NCBI GenBank assembly: GCA_030390025.1
Contig: CM059432.1
Location: 106,146,001-106,210,000, forward strand
Source of the DNA: Squalus acanthias
Lineage: Eukaryota
Direction of reading: 5' to 3'
DNA: 64,000 nucleotides
Under the pieces are notes generated by a model, which was not told the DNA's origin, did no database searches, and worked only from the letters and a program-made list of their open reading frames with translations. Shown piece after piece: positions 48,617 to 61,289 of the stretch (the first letter of the stretch is position 1; every line of letters begins with the position of its first letter). The position numbers were made by a program, and so were the translations under genes.

Positions 48617-50074
48617 ATTCCATTAGCCTTTTTGATTGCTTTTTGTACCTGTCTCCTGGCTTTTAATGATTTGTGCACTTGGACTCACAAATCTATTTGC
48701 TTCTCTACAGTTCCAAGTTTACCATTTGGAAAATACTCCAATTTATCTTCCTTGGTAAAGTGGATGACTTTACACTGGCCACATTGAACTATTTGCTATG
48801 AATTTGCCCACTCACTTAATCTGTCTATGTTCCTTTGCAACTTCCTGTTCCCATCTCCACTACTTACTGTCCCTCCTAATTTAGTATAATTTGCAAACTT
48901 GGATATACAACTCTCTATTCCTTAATCTAAGTCATTAATAAATACGGTGAAAAGAAAAGGCCTCAGAACAAATCCCTGGAGGACACCACATGTCACATCC
49001 CACCAATCAGCAAACATTACCTTTGTCCCCATTCTCTGTCTCCTACCTCTCAACCAATTTTCAACCCAAGTCAAGTTACCTCCAATTCCACGTGCTCTCA
49101 TTTTTGCTAATAATCTCATTCATGGAACCTTATCAAATGCCTTCTGGAAGTCCATATAGATAATATCCATAGACACTGCCTTAACTACTTTGAGCGCCTC
49201 ACAAAATTCAACTAGATTAGTCAGGTATGATTTATCCTTAACAAAGCTATGTTGGCTCTCTGATCCGCTCATATTTGTTCAAGTGCTCAGTTACTCAATC
49301 CGTAATGACAGATTCGAGTAGCTTCCCCCACAACTGACATTAAACTGACAGGCTTATAGTTACCTGGTTTCGGTCTCCCACACTTCTTAAATAATGGAGT
49401 GACATTAGCAATTTTCCAATCTAATGACACAATTCCCGAATCAATAGACCTTTGAAAGATTATGACTAACGCTTCTTCAATTCCCTCACCTACTTCTTTT
49501 AATACCCTGGGGTGGAAACCATCAGGTCTAGGAGATTTATTTATTCTAAGTTCCATTATTTTATTTATTACCATTATCTTACTTATATTGGATCCAATAA
49601 GTTCCTCCCCTTGATTTATTTTTAGTTTCTCTTCTATCTTCTCTTTTATCCTCTTCATCTACTGTGAAAACAGAGACAAAGTACTTGTTTCATAAATCTG
49701 CCATTACCTTGTTGTCTATTACAGTATCGCCTGTGTCCATCTTTAATAGGCCCACATCTCCTTTAGCCATTTATAAAAACTTTTACTCTAAGCCTTTATA
49801 TTACGCAATTTTTTTTCATATTCCCTTTTTGCAGTTCTTCATATTTTTTTTGGGTCCCTTTGAAAGATGACTGGTCTGCTAAAAACCTGAATACAAGTCA
49901 AAATTTGAGCGCTGAAGACAATCCATTCCATTTATACAATAGCCAGCTGGCTCCAGAAAGGGGAAAGTAATGCAATTATATAGAAAATTGGCACCAAGGC
50001 ATCAAAACATTCAAAATGAAAATGCAGAACTTCTCATTTATATAATGAAATTAAAAGCAGATTGTGCTAAATTA

Positions 50075-50260
50075 ACTGGTCTCAGTCGAGGCCGTATTGG
50101 GGGTGCTACAATTGGCCTTTGCATCCTTGGTTTAGAGAGATGAAAAATTGGGCAGGGCTCCTACTCCTGATCATTATCCAGCAACCCTTACTGAAAGTGT
50201 TAGTTTATGGTCAATGTACAAGGGCAGGTTCAGACTTGACTGTAAATGTTCCTGTGATTA
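50075..50260 (+). mobile_element. AmnSINE2-like SINE fragment
   Basis: GGTGCTACAATTGGCCT...CTCCTGATCATTATCCAG core shared with 55040-55260. Confidence 0.55.
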
Positions 50261-50392
50261 ATGAGCTGAGGGGCAAATTGGAGGGGAAATAAATAAAATT
50301 GAAAGCAGATTCTATAACAAAATGACAAAAAAAGTATAATCAAAAAAACCAGACTTTCACCAAATATCTTAGTTACATTTTGGTACTAGTTA

Positions 50393-50815
50393 TGTGTCAG
50401 CTTGGTTCAGTTAGTAATACTCTTGCCTCTGACTCAGAAGGTTACAGGTTCAAACTCCACTCCAAGACTGAGCACATAATTAGAATTGCGTGGTCAGAGG
50501 TGCTGCTTTTCCGATGTGATGTTAACTTGAGGTCCCATTTGCCTATTTATTTGGGTATTAAGGATTTCATGACACTACCTGTGTCAGCCGTGGCTGAGTG
50601 GTGGCACTCTTGCCTGTGAGTTAGAAGGTTGTGGGGTCAAGTCCCATTCCAGAGACTTGAGCACAAAATCTAGGCTGGTACACCAGTGCAGTACTGAGAG
50701 AGAGTGCTGCACTATCTGAGGTGCTGTCTTTCAATTGAGACAGTAAACTGAGGTCTGGCCAATATTTATCCCTCAACCAGCATCACTAAAACAGTTATCT
50801 GGTTATTATCTCATT
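50393..50815 (+). mobile_element. Two tandem SacSINE1/Deu-like SINE copies (50393-50575 and 50580-50815)
   Basis: Two tRNA-like heads (GGCTGAGTGGTGGCACTCTTGCC...GTCAAGTCCC) each followed by GAGGTGCTG; same family as 85-325. Confidence 0.7.
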
Positions 50816-51269
50816 ATTTTGCTTGCGTGCACGTGGTGCCTGCGATCAATGGGTTTTTCTGCTAACTTTACTCCTTTTAAGTCATGAACTTCTGCGTAAG
50901 CCTCGTGTACGTACCTTACTAGGCCTAAGTGCTCCTTAGTCAAGTGGATGACTGTTTAGTCAACTGGCGAACAGCAAGCAATTTGGAAGACTCTTACCTA
51001 TATCTGCAACTTCCCCTGATGTACCTACATCAGTGGTAGTTATCGCCTTTGCTTGAGCCATTGTGAGCTTATTGCTTTTGGAGTTAGCACCTATTGTCAT
51101 TTGTATAGTGATGGCATGGAGCTGATGTTGACATGAATGTCAACTGTCTTATGTGCTTCTCTGTGCACATCACTGCTGGATGAACACCCTAGTCATGATC
51201 TCGAGTGCAGAACAGAGAGAAGCTATGAGCCTTTGAATCCCTCCATCACAGTTGTCCATAAGCATTCTC

Positions 51270-52075
51270 TGGTACAGGAGTGATGAGTGAACAGGACTTG
51301 ATGCGAGTTAGGATACAGGGCAGCAGAGTTTTTGATGAGCTTAAGTTTACAAAGGGTGAAAGGTGGGAGGCCAGCCAGGAGAGCATTGGAATAGTCGAGT
51401 CTAGAGGCAACAAGGGTATGGGTGAGGGTTTCAGCAGCAGATGAGCTGAGGCAGGGACAAAGATAGGCGATGTTACGGAGGTGGAAGTAAGCGATCTTGG
51501 TGATGGAGAGGATATGGGGTCAGAAGCTCAGATCAGGGTCAAATAGTTGTGAACGGTCTGGTTCAGCCTCAGACAGTGGCCAAGGAGAGGGACGGAGTTT
51601 GTGGCGGGGAGTGAAGACAATGGCATCGGTCTCCCAATATTTAATTGAAGGAAACTTCTGCGCGTCCAATACTGATGTTGAACAAGCAGCGCGACAAATC
51701 AGAGGCAGTGGAGGGGTTGAGAGAGGTGGTGGCGAGGTAGAGCTGGGTGTCGTCAGCGTACATGTGGAATCTGACATTGTGTTTTCGGATGATGTCGCCG
51801 AGGGGCAGCAGGTAGATGAGAAATAGGAGGGGGCAAAAGTTAGATTCTTGGGGGACTCCAGAGGTAATGGTGCAGGAGTTAGAAGAGAAACCATTGCAGG
51901 TGATTCTCTGCTTACAAATGGATAGATAGGAATGGAACCAGCTGGACATCGGAGGAGAGGCGTTGGAGGAGGATGTTGTGGTCAAGCATGTCAAAGGCCG
52001 CAGACAGGTAGAGAAGATGAGAAGGGATAGTTTACCACGTTCACAGTCACATAGGATGTAATTTGTAACTTTGAC
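51270..52075 (-). mobile_element. L2 LINE RT fragment
   Basis: SGVPQES.FCPLLFLIYLLPLG...FHMYADDTQLYL. Confidence 0.88.
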
Positions 52076-52847
52076 TTCAGGCCATGATTTCAGTCACCAG
52101 ATATGTCGACGTATTTCCACTATCCAAGTCACTTGTCCTAAATTAGCCACATCCCTTTACTGCATTGTGGAGCTTTACTGCAGTGAGTGATCTGTCCTGA
52201 AATTATTATGTGTAGGTTCACTAAACTGAAGTCAGTTCAAAATAGTGGGCACAGCTGTGAAATTCAGCCAATCAGTAAATTTACTGCGCACGATGAATTT
52301 TAAAATGCATATCGTCATATTTTTATCCAGAAAACAATACACATAGATTCACTACTTGGTAACACATGCAATTTATTAACACTATTACTGTCAGTTTCAC
52401 ATCCAGCTGAGAGGAAGTGAAGCAAAATATACTCTATTACATTTTGTCACAGCGTTTACACTGGTGAGTTTTCCTAATCTAGAATAAACTGAATTTACAT
52501 TTGCTACATTCTGTAAAGTTGCTTTCTTTACTCAGCTAACTCTAAGCATAGCACCTTCACAGGAATTTAAAAAAAAACTTTTATCACAAACATATGGTGA
52601 TTGTGTTGGGCATTATAACAACAAATGAACTTTAGGTAAAGTGACCTGGGAGGGCTGTTTCAGAAGTAAATCTATTTACAATTTACATTGAATTGCTATG
52701 AAATTTAATCCCGTCATTAAAACGACCCTTATAGGTGCTTTCATTTTATCACAGGATTACCACAGATGCCATACCATCCACACTGTTAGATTTCAGCAGA
52801 TGTTGGGTGCACTCTGACCTCCGATTATGAGTACCAACAGGGCATTA

Positions 52848-54015
52848 AGAATATAAGAAATAAGAGCAGGAGCAGGCCATATGGCCCCTCGAGCCTGCTC
52901 CATCATTCAATAAGATCATGGCTGATCATCGACCTCAACTCCACTTTCCCGCCCGATCTCCATATCCCTTGATTCCCCTAGAGTCCAAAAATCTATCTAT
53001 CTCAGCCTTGAATATACTCAAAGACTCAGCATGCACAGCCCTCTGGGGCAGAAAATTCCAAAGATTCACAACCGTCTGAGTGAAGAAATTCTTCCTCATC
53101 TCAGTCTTAAATGGCCTACCCCTTATTCTGAGACTATGCCCCCTAGTTCTAGGCACTCCAGCCAGGGGAAACAACCTCTCAGCATCTACCCTGTCAATCC
53201 CCTTCAGAATCTTGTATGTTTCAATGAGATCACCTTTCATTCTTCTAAACTTCAGAGAGTATAGGCCCATTCTACACAATCTCTCATCATAGGACAGCCC
53301 TCTCATCCCAGGAATCAATCCAGTGAACCTTTGTTGCACCGCCTCCAAGGCAAGTATATCCTTCCTTAGATAAGGAGACCAAAACTGTGCACAGTACTCC
53401 AGGTGTGGTCTCACCAAGGCCCTGTACAACTGCAGCAAGACTTCCTTACTCTTATACTCCAACCCCCTTGCAATAAAGGCCAACATGCCATTTGCCTTCC
53501 TTATTGCTTGCTGTACCTGCATGCTAGCTTTCTGTGTTTCTTGCACGAGGACACCCAAATCTCTCAACACCAACATTTGAAAGTTCTCACCATTTAAAAA
53601 ATATTGTTTTTCTATTCTTCCTACCAAAGTGAATAACCTCACATTTCCCTACATTATACTCCATCTGCCACCTTACTGCCCACTCACTTAGTCTATCTAT
53701 ATCCCTTTACAGACTCTGTGTTCTCCTCACCAGCTTACTGTCCAACCTAGCTTTGTATCTTCAGCAAACTTGGATACATTACACTCGGTCCCTTCATCTA
53801 GGTCATTAATATAGTTTGTAAATAGCTGAGGCCCCAATACTGATCCTTGTGGCACCCTATTAGTTACAGCCTGCCAACCTGAAAAAGATCAGTTTATCCC
53901 TACTCTCTGTTTTCTGTCTGTTAACCAATCCTCTATCCATGATTCTATATTACCCCCAACCACATGAGCCCTAATCTTGTGTAATTAACCTTTTATGTGG
54001 CACCTTATCGTATGC
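52848..54015 (-). mobile_element. CR1 LINE RT C-terminus and 3' UTR
   Basis: ORF 52935-53642 with LVRPHLEYCAQFWSP. Confidence 0.94.
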
Positions 54016-54230
54016 CATACTCATTGTTCCTTAACAAGTTCACTTCCATCTCAGATCTAAATTCTGAGAGATTAATTTGAAGCAGATGTACATTAAGACT
54101 TTAGTACACATTAGGTCTTTGTTTTACCATTTATTTATATGGTAGACATAATAGTTTCTTTTTTACTAACTCAAGTGTTTACAAACCATGGGATTTTGGG
54201 AACCTCAGCAGGGTAAATCATATCTCCTTG

Positions 54231-54281
54231 CTGCCGCCCCCCCCCCCCCCCCCCCCCGCCCCACCCACCCCCAAACCACCC
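54231..54281. repeat. Poly-C tract (potential G-quadruplex on the minus strand)
   Basis: About 21 consecutive C followed by further C runs. Confidence 0.85.
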
Positions 54282-54585
54282 CTTTTAAATTGTGACTAAT
54301 CAAAATAAAACACATAACCCCATAATATTAAACATTCAAATAAACTCATTCATCTATATATAACAAAATATATCAGTTCAATATAACTATTAAAGGGTTT
54401 ATATACAGCTATTTAAAAAATATTATAAAATAACCTAGGGCGTAGTTACTAATCATACAAAAGATGATAAAGGGATGTAGAAACAACTAGTCACTTTGTG
54501 CGAAGAACAAAATGTAAAAAATTACCAAAAATGTATACAAAAAAAATGGTTCTAGCTTATCTGATGAAAATGGTATAAAAAACAA

Positions 54586-54860
54586 ATAGGACATTTAGGA
54601 CTGAGATGAGGAGAAATTTCTTTACTCAGAGGGTGGTGAACCTGTGGAATTCTCTACCACAGAAGGCTGTGGAGGCCAAGTCACTGAATATATTCAAGAA
54701 GGAAATAGATAGATTTCTAGACACAAAAGGCATCAAAAGGTATAGGGAGAGAGCGGGAATATGGTATTGAGATAGAGGATCAGCCATGATCATATTGAAT
54801 GGCGGAGCAGGCTCGAAGGGCTGAATGGCCTACTCCTGCTCCTATTTTTCTATGTTTCTA
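54586..54860 (+). mobile_element. Short CR1 3' end, same subfamily as the 11428 copy
   Basis: Highly similar to the reverse complement of 11428-11705. Confidence 0.9.
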
Positions 54861-55039
54861 AATCAGCTGCCTCTTCTCACACCACTTTTATTTCCAGTAA
54901 AGTTACAGTTCAGGTCATTCTTGCACAATGATGAGTACAAAACCTTGTATATCTGGTTAATGTCCTTTGCAAGATTATCAGAACGGAGACATCCGAATTA
55001 GAACATTCAGAAGGGTCACAAGTTGCTTCTCATTTCCAT

Positions 55040-55260
55040 GCTGATCTCAATCAGGGTGGCAGAAGAGTGTTATAATTGGCCTGGGTTAGGGAGAGGGAGA
55101 GGGAAATCAGCCAGTGTTGTCAGTCCCAATTGCTATCCAGTGACTCAGGCTCAGCTGTGATGGCTCCTGTGGTGGACTAGCCTGCTGAAATGCAGTGGCA
55201 AAGTTCATACACTTGGGTGAACAATTAGAGGACACCTAGCATCCATGGATTATACCCCCA
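55040..55260 (+). mobile_element. AmnSINE2-like SINE fragment
   Basis: CTGATCTC...ATAATTGGCC...AATCAGCCAG...GCTATCCAGTGAC...GGCTCAGCTGTGATG. Confidence 0.55.
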
Positions 55261-56189
55261 ACAAGAGGGGAGAATAATTGAGAGAGAAAAATATACAATA
55301 TTAAAATCATCAATCTGCAAAGTTATCTAAAATATGTCTTCTCTCCAGACCTGAGAATCTTGCAATCATGTACAGGGCAGGAGCAGATCCATTGGAGTTA
55401 CAGTTTACTTCTTGGTGTTGGATTTTGCTTTTTCTTGCAGATGAGAGGAGGGGCCACTACAGCCAGAATTTGGTGGCTGCCTACAGCCAGTACTGATAAT
55501 TCATCAAGAGTTTGTAACCAAACAGGCATTCAAATTGAACTCCTTTTAATGCAGCTTTCATCGCCAGTTATTTATCATTTATTCTTTTAAATAAAATCTT
55601 ACACAAGTGAACTTTTTGCACTTACTTGTGCTCCTGTAAAATTGAGCAGTTTTCTCATTTACTCGAGTCTACATGTCCTGTGGCAAAACACCACTGCACT
55701 GTACTCTAGTAAAAGTATTCCTTAAAGGCAAAATGGAAACTGAGTGAGCTCTAGAATACATTTCAGACACCAATGGTAAACCCATGACTTTTGCTTCTTC
55801 TGGTAGTTTTTACTTCATGGACTTAAGATGGGCAGATGTTGAAACTTCTGTGAACACCATAAAGTAAACATACATAGTGATAGTACAATCTTTCCCAGTC
55901 AGTATACTGTAAGACTGATCAAGAAATACAGACATGCATTTCCTTTCAAATGTAGGCGGTAGTTACGTAGTTTCACGATGTCTATAGGCAAGGCAATTTA
56001 GTTTTCATCAAGTGATAGTAAGATTGATCAAACAATTGCCTGCCTTAAAATCTCACTTCATTAACACTCAAATTTAGACACCATACCATAAAAAATTTAG
56101 GCTTCTCAGATAGACAGCCACATGAGATGAGCTCACTGAACTTCACCAAGCAAAAAAAAGTCATCAGGATGGTCATCACCTTTATATGT

Positions 56190-56667
56190 GCCTCGAGACA
56201 CACGACAACGCAAAATCGAGCAGAAACTGATAGCCAAGTTCCGCACCCATGAGGACGGCCTCAATAGGGATCTCGGGTTCATGTCACGCTACAGAACGTA
56301 ACTCGACATCGTTGTCTGTCTTTCCAGTTTAAAAAAAAACCCCCAAAACAACCAAAAAACAAAGTTAAAAGCTCAACTGCAGACGGCAGCATTTGACACG
56401 TTGGACCCCCTGTGACCCACCTCATTGTCTTAGCTGTACTCTAATGTGTCTTTGATGTAATGCCTCCCTAACAGATTGTATCTCTGCAGACAAATTGCTC
56501 TCTGTGCATATATACTGTGTAATAGATTCCCTCACTGTACCTTTACCTGACGAAGGGGCAGCAGCTCCGAAAGCTCGTAATTTTAAATAAAACTGTTGGA
56601 CTATAACCTGTTGTGCGACTTCTCATTTTTGTCCACCCCAGTCCAACACCGGCATCTCCGCATCATG
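56190..56667 (+). mobile_element. 5'-truncated Penelope-like retroelement: GIY-YIG ORF C-terminus and pLTR, 12-bp TSD
   Basis: 56194-56301 reads RDTRQRKIEQKLIAKFRTHEDGLNRDLGFMSRYRT* (E..I..F.T...GLN motif); TSD ACCTTTATATGT at 56178 and 56668. Confidence 0.9.
56543..56580 (+). ncRNA. Minimal type I hammerhead ribozyme in Penelope pLTR
   Basis: TTAC-CTGACGA-A-GGGGC-AGCA-GCTCC-GAA-AGCT-C-GTAA; predicted cleavage after CUC at 56576. Confidence 0.78.
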
Positions 56668-58520
56668 ACCTTTATATGTAGAAGTGATCCATTATGATAT
56701 ATTGCTTCAGCTTCCTGAGATCTACTATAGTTTTGAAATCAACTTGGAACAGGAATGCATCTGAAATAAATGCTCTACTCTCCCTGTGGGATAGTGGCTA
56801 CGGACCGAAGGGATAAATTAACACATTTTTGCAACAACTCTTGCCTAATTCCAGTGAGTCTGTACACATGCTGGACCCCTAGTGGAAGTGGTGAAATTTT
56901 AGACAATGACTTTTCTTCACATCGACTATTCAATTTGAGGTGTTAGAAGCCCATGTTTCCTTAAAGAAATTGCTTTCACCCCCTTTCAGAAGTATATTCA
57001 AAGATGGATTCTGAAAGAAAATGCATGCCTGTGCCCCTTGTACTGGGTTGTAACAAAAGGGCCATTGAGAGAGAGATCTGGAAGACAGGATGTCAATTAC
57101 AACTGTAGCTTTTGTTATGATTGCAACCATGTAAAAACCTATTTAAATACATGAAATAGCAAGATTGCCTGGAGCTGAGAACTTCCTGACAATAAGGAGT
57201 CTCATAGGGCATATCCTTTTGAAAAGAGTGAAGTTGAGAGATGTACATTTTGGTCTGAAGGTTCTCATGCAACTGTGGTGTAACCTTGTCAAGACTACAG
57301 CTTCTTCCTTGCAATGAAACAACCAGAACGAGCCATTGAACTTGACCAATGTACTCATCGATATTGAGATTCTCTATTTTATAAGATTTTTAGTCTATGC
57401 ATTGATACGCTAACATTTCACGTTTCCAGTCATTCTAGAGTTTTTCTCAGTTAACCTTCAAATCAAAATGGCACAGCTTTAGACAAACATCAAAGTAAAG
57501 CCTTAAGAAAAGAGCAAGACCACAACAGCAGCAGTAACGTAGATTTAACAACACTTGTTAAATGAAAATAAATAAATAAACCAGCAGCTGCAAAGTGTGC
57601 TCTGTAGAGAACCTCTGGGAATCATCATGTGCCCGAGGGCAGAATTCCAACACCTGTGAAACAATCAAATTTGCCCCATTTAGTGAATCTTGCTGCAAAT
57701 TGTGCTTAAGTTTTCAGTGAAGATAAAACATGTACAGACATACGTTGCTTTACAAGAGTCTGCTGACATCAACCACACAGGCTCCCAATGCCCTGTAATA
57801 CAAGACAGCGACAACAAGACTGATCAAAAAACAGTCTGAACCAAGTTCAAGGATTCAAACTGCTCTGCGGTGTAAGAAAATTCCTGTGCAAGTTTATCCT
57901 GCTTCAGTCAATTCTAGAAGCACCCTGCAAAAAAGGATCAAATGTAAATAATTGATGTCAGCAGTTGCCTCTTCAAAACATTGCATTCGACAAATCAGAG
58001 TGCAATGTACTGACTTACCACCCAAAAGAACATGAACAGGAGGTAGTATCGACCTTCCTGTCTGGTCAAAAATTCTGTGTTGCATCTTGCCAACAATTTC
58101 CAGACAGTTTACCTCTTGTGGATTATTGGGACCAAATAGAATAAAGAAACAGAAGCTTTAGATCCAGGAAAGGGGATAATATCGAGTAAAAAGAAAATTG
58201 TGCCTGGCTGACTGGTTTTCTGATATAATGGAGGAGTCAGACGCAGTAAGCGATGCAGATGCAAAGTGAAATATTGGAATGAAAATTCTTGACTATCAAA
58301 AATAAATCACAGGGTTAAAACAAACTTCAATTTCCACTGCTGTTCAAAGTCACTTGCAAACATGAGGGAGAAGGGAATAGAGGGATATGGGAGCAGGGTA
58401 GGAAAAGTTAATTAGAACATGAAGAGGCTCGTGTGGAGTACAAACCATTTAGCATAGAAAGGTTGGGCTGAATGGCCTGTTTATTGTTGCTTGTCCTGCC
58501 ACATTAAGCCCTGACTTAAA

Positions 58521-58862
58521 ACATAGAAACATAGAAACTAGGAGCAGGAGTAGGCCATTCGGCCCGTCGAGCCTGCTCCACCATTCAATACGATCATGGC
58601 TGATCATCCAAATCCAGTACCCTGTCCCTGCTTTCTCACACAGAATCCCCATCGAGCCTGCACCGACACATATCCCACCCTATCCCCGTAACCCCACGTA
58701 TTTAATTCCCCCTAACATATCCCTTCCTATCCTATCCCCGTAACCCCACATATTTAATCCCCCCCTAACACTAAGGGTCAATTTATCATAGCCAAATCAA
58801 CCTAACCCGCACATTTTTGGACTGTGGGAGGAAACCGGAGCACCCGGAGGAAACCCACGCAG
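58521..58862 (-). mobile_element. HE1-like V-SINE lacking its tRNA head, with CR1-type tail
   Basis: V-domain GCGTGGGTTTCCTCCGGGTGCTCCGGTTTCCTCCCACAGTCCAAA; internal tandem duplication of about 43 bp; TTTCTATG tail. Confidence 0.88.
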
Positions 58863-58962
58863 AGCAAACTCTAGCTGAGCAAAGTAAATCAGGCAAAAAT
58901 AAGATGTTAAAAGCAGACACTTAAATCCTTTACCGAATGAGGCATTTAAGATTGATGAGCTT

Positions 58963-59180
58963 ATCATAGAATGGTTACAGCACGGAAGAAGGCCATTCAG
59001 CCCGTCGAGCCCATGCCGGCTCTCTGCAAGAGCACGTCAGCTAGTCCCACTCCCCTGCCCTTTCCCCGTAGCCCTGCAAATTTCTTTCCTTCAGATACTT
59101 ATCCAACTCCCTTTTGAAAGCCGTGATTGAATCTTCCTCCACCACCCTTTCAGGCAATGCATTCCAGATCTTAACCACCC
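58963..59180 (-). mobile_element. CR1 3' UTR fragment
   Basis: ATCATAGAATGGTTACAGCAC...GGCCATTCAGCCC. Confidence 0.8.
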
Positions 59181-59384
59181 CAGGATTGGAACATTATGGC
59201 CAGTACCTCCACGATTTCGTCCCGCAATTCGCTGAATTTTCTTCAAGATCATAATGTTCTTCCTAAGGTGGGATGATCAAAAGCTGAATGCTGTACTCCA
59301 AATAAGGTCAGACCAGCACTCTATGATTAAGGTAGCATTTCCTTGCTTTTATATTCTAAATCCATTAAGAATTCTACCTTTGCT

Positions 59385-60070
59385 ACTGGCTTCATTCCCC
59401 CTCCCTGGCCACTGACTCAGGCTGAATGAACTAGGCTGTTTGCAATTTCAGCATCCCGTTCAACCCATATCCTCTCCATCACAAATACCACCCACTTCCA
59501 ACTCCAACATCGTTTGTACCTCAGCACATCTGCCGCTGAAACCCTCATCCAAACCTTTGTCACCGCTCTACTAATTCAACATTCTCCTGGCCAGCCTCCC
59601 ATCCTCCATAAACTTCATCTCACCCAAGACTCTGCTGACCTGCTATCCTAGTCCTACACCAAGTACCACTAACTCAATCCCCATCCTTGTTGATCTAGAT
59701 TGGCTCTCAGTACCCCAACATCACAAATTTGAAATTCCCATTCGTGTTCTAATCACTTCATTGCCTCACCCTCCCTCTCTCAGTAACCTTCTCCAGCCCT
59801 ACAACCTCCCCTGTTCCTCGGACTCCAGCCCCTTGTGCATCCCTCCCTCCTTTCGGCCCACCATTGACAGCTCTGCCTTCAGCAACATCGGCCCTACTCT
59901 CGAGAATTCACCCCCAAAGCCCCTCCAACTCCTTGTTCAAGGTCCTCCTTAAAACCCACCTCTTCGACCAAGCTATTATCTCCTTCTTTGGCTCAATGTC
60001 CACCTTTTCCTTATTGCTCTGAAGTGTTATGGGATATTTTCTACATTAATGAAGCTATACAAGTGCAAAT
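59385..60070 (+). mobile_element. Decayed L2 3' fragment
   Basis: Similar to the reverse complement of 46400-47200 (CTGCCGCTGAAACCCTCATCC, CTCCTTAAAACCCACCTCTT). Confidence 0.7.
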
Positions 60071-60460
60071 TGTTGATATCCAATTAGCCTTTCTAATTGC
60101 TTTATGCACCTGCAAGGAAGTTTTTAATGACTTGTGCACCTTGACCCATGAATTCCTTTGTTCATCTTCCCCATACCACTTCTCCATCTACCATTTTTGT
60201 ATTCAAAGTGCACTACTTCAAACTTCTTTATGCTAAACTGCTTCTGCAAGCTTCCTGTCTGCTTTCTTTGCTTACGTTCATTTAAACTTTTCTGCACTGT
60301 TCTTCTCAATCCAGTAGTAACTTGGTTTTTCTCTTTTTTTTCCCCAAAAGCTTTGTTTTACCCAGATATTTATTTGGGCTTCAGATTCTCAGATCACTTC
60401 TGTAGATGAGCCCTCCTTCCCCATGTCAGAATGTGCTGGCATTTGCTCAGTTATCTAGGT

Positions 60461-61015
60461 CAGTGGTTCTCAAACTTTTTTGGTTGGAGGACCCCTTTTC
60501 AAATCAATTAGTAATCACAGACCCCCACCTAAATTATAGTACTATATAATACTCATAATATGAAAGTCCTGCATGTAAAGAGTGTTTTAATAATGCTTAA
60601 GTAAATAGGTACTTACTTAGATATCAGTGAAATGGATGTGCCTGCTTCCCACTGCGGGTCTACCTGCCAATCTTTGTCACTCTCAGCACTCCTCCACGCA
60701 CGCACGCACCCTTCCTACGTGAGACAACCAGCCCACTCAGCACTGCACGTGGCGACTGCACTCTGCACCCGCCACGCACCAAGCCCACATTCTTTCAGCC
60801 ACCATCTCCCTGGCCTGGCCGCGCATGCGAAGTGGTAAACGCAACAGCACCGCTTATGTTAGTCAGAGAGTAAGCAAATGAGCAGCGGCTGGAGGCTGGC
60901 TTGGTGCGAGCGGATTGTGGCCGCCACATGTTCCGTAAGGCCAGCCCTGCGCTGTACTCTCGTTATTTTGCAGACCCCCGGAAAGTCTCTACTGACCCCA
61001 GTTTGAGAACCACTG
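60461..61015. mobile_element. Non-autonomous hAT (Charlie-like) DNA transposon
   Basis: TIR CAGTGGTTCTCAAACT ... AGTTTGAGAACCACTG; 8-bp TSD ATCTAGGT / ATCCAGGT. Confidence 0.92.
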
Positions 61016-61289
61016 ATCCAGGTACATTTGCTGCATTACTAGGGACTGCAATAACTATCCACTTTATTTTGGCTTACTGGTTTTATCATGTACCTTCACA
61101 TGATCTTCCTCGACTTTGGAACAAAACTCAACACTGCTCTAGACTGTGACTTAGGTTTCAACTGTTGAGCAAATTTATTAAACAGTAAAAGAATAAGTGA
61201 ACAGCATCAATGACAACATAGATTTTACAACAGTTATTAAACTAACATCTCACTCCTGACATTCACTTTCAGATTAGCCAGGATCTCTC

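Larger units (their letters stand above)
46000..49860 (-). mobile_element. Decayed CR1 split into 46000-46390, 47920-48147 and 48617-49860 by nested insertions
   Basis: Collinear ORF2 pieces: KSPRPDGFHP, GVLQG, AIKKANG|MLAF, PHLESCIQFW, then 3' UTR. Confidence 0.8.

Noticed and set aside
58010..58085. Strong minus-strand donor GTG|GTAAGT after a short ORF (MQHRIFDQ...)
   Set aside because: Modest Kozak context, no signal-peptide character, no promoter-like context; likely chance
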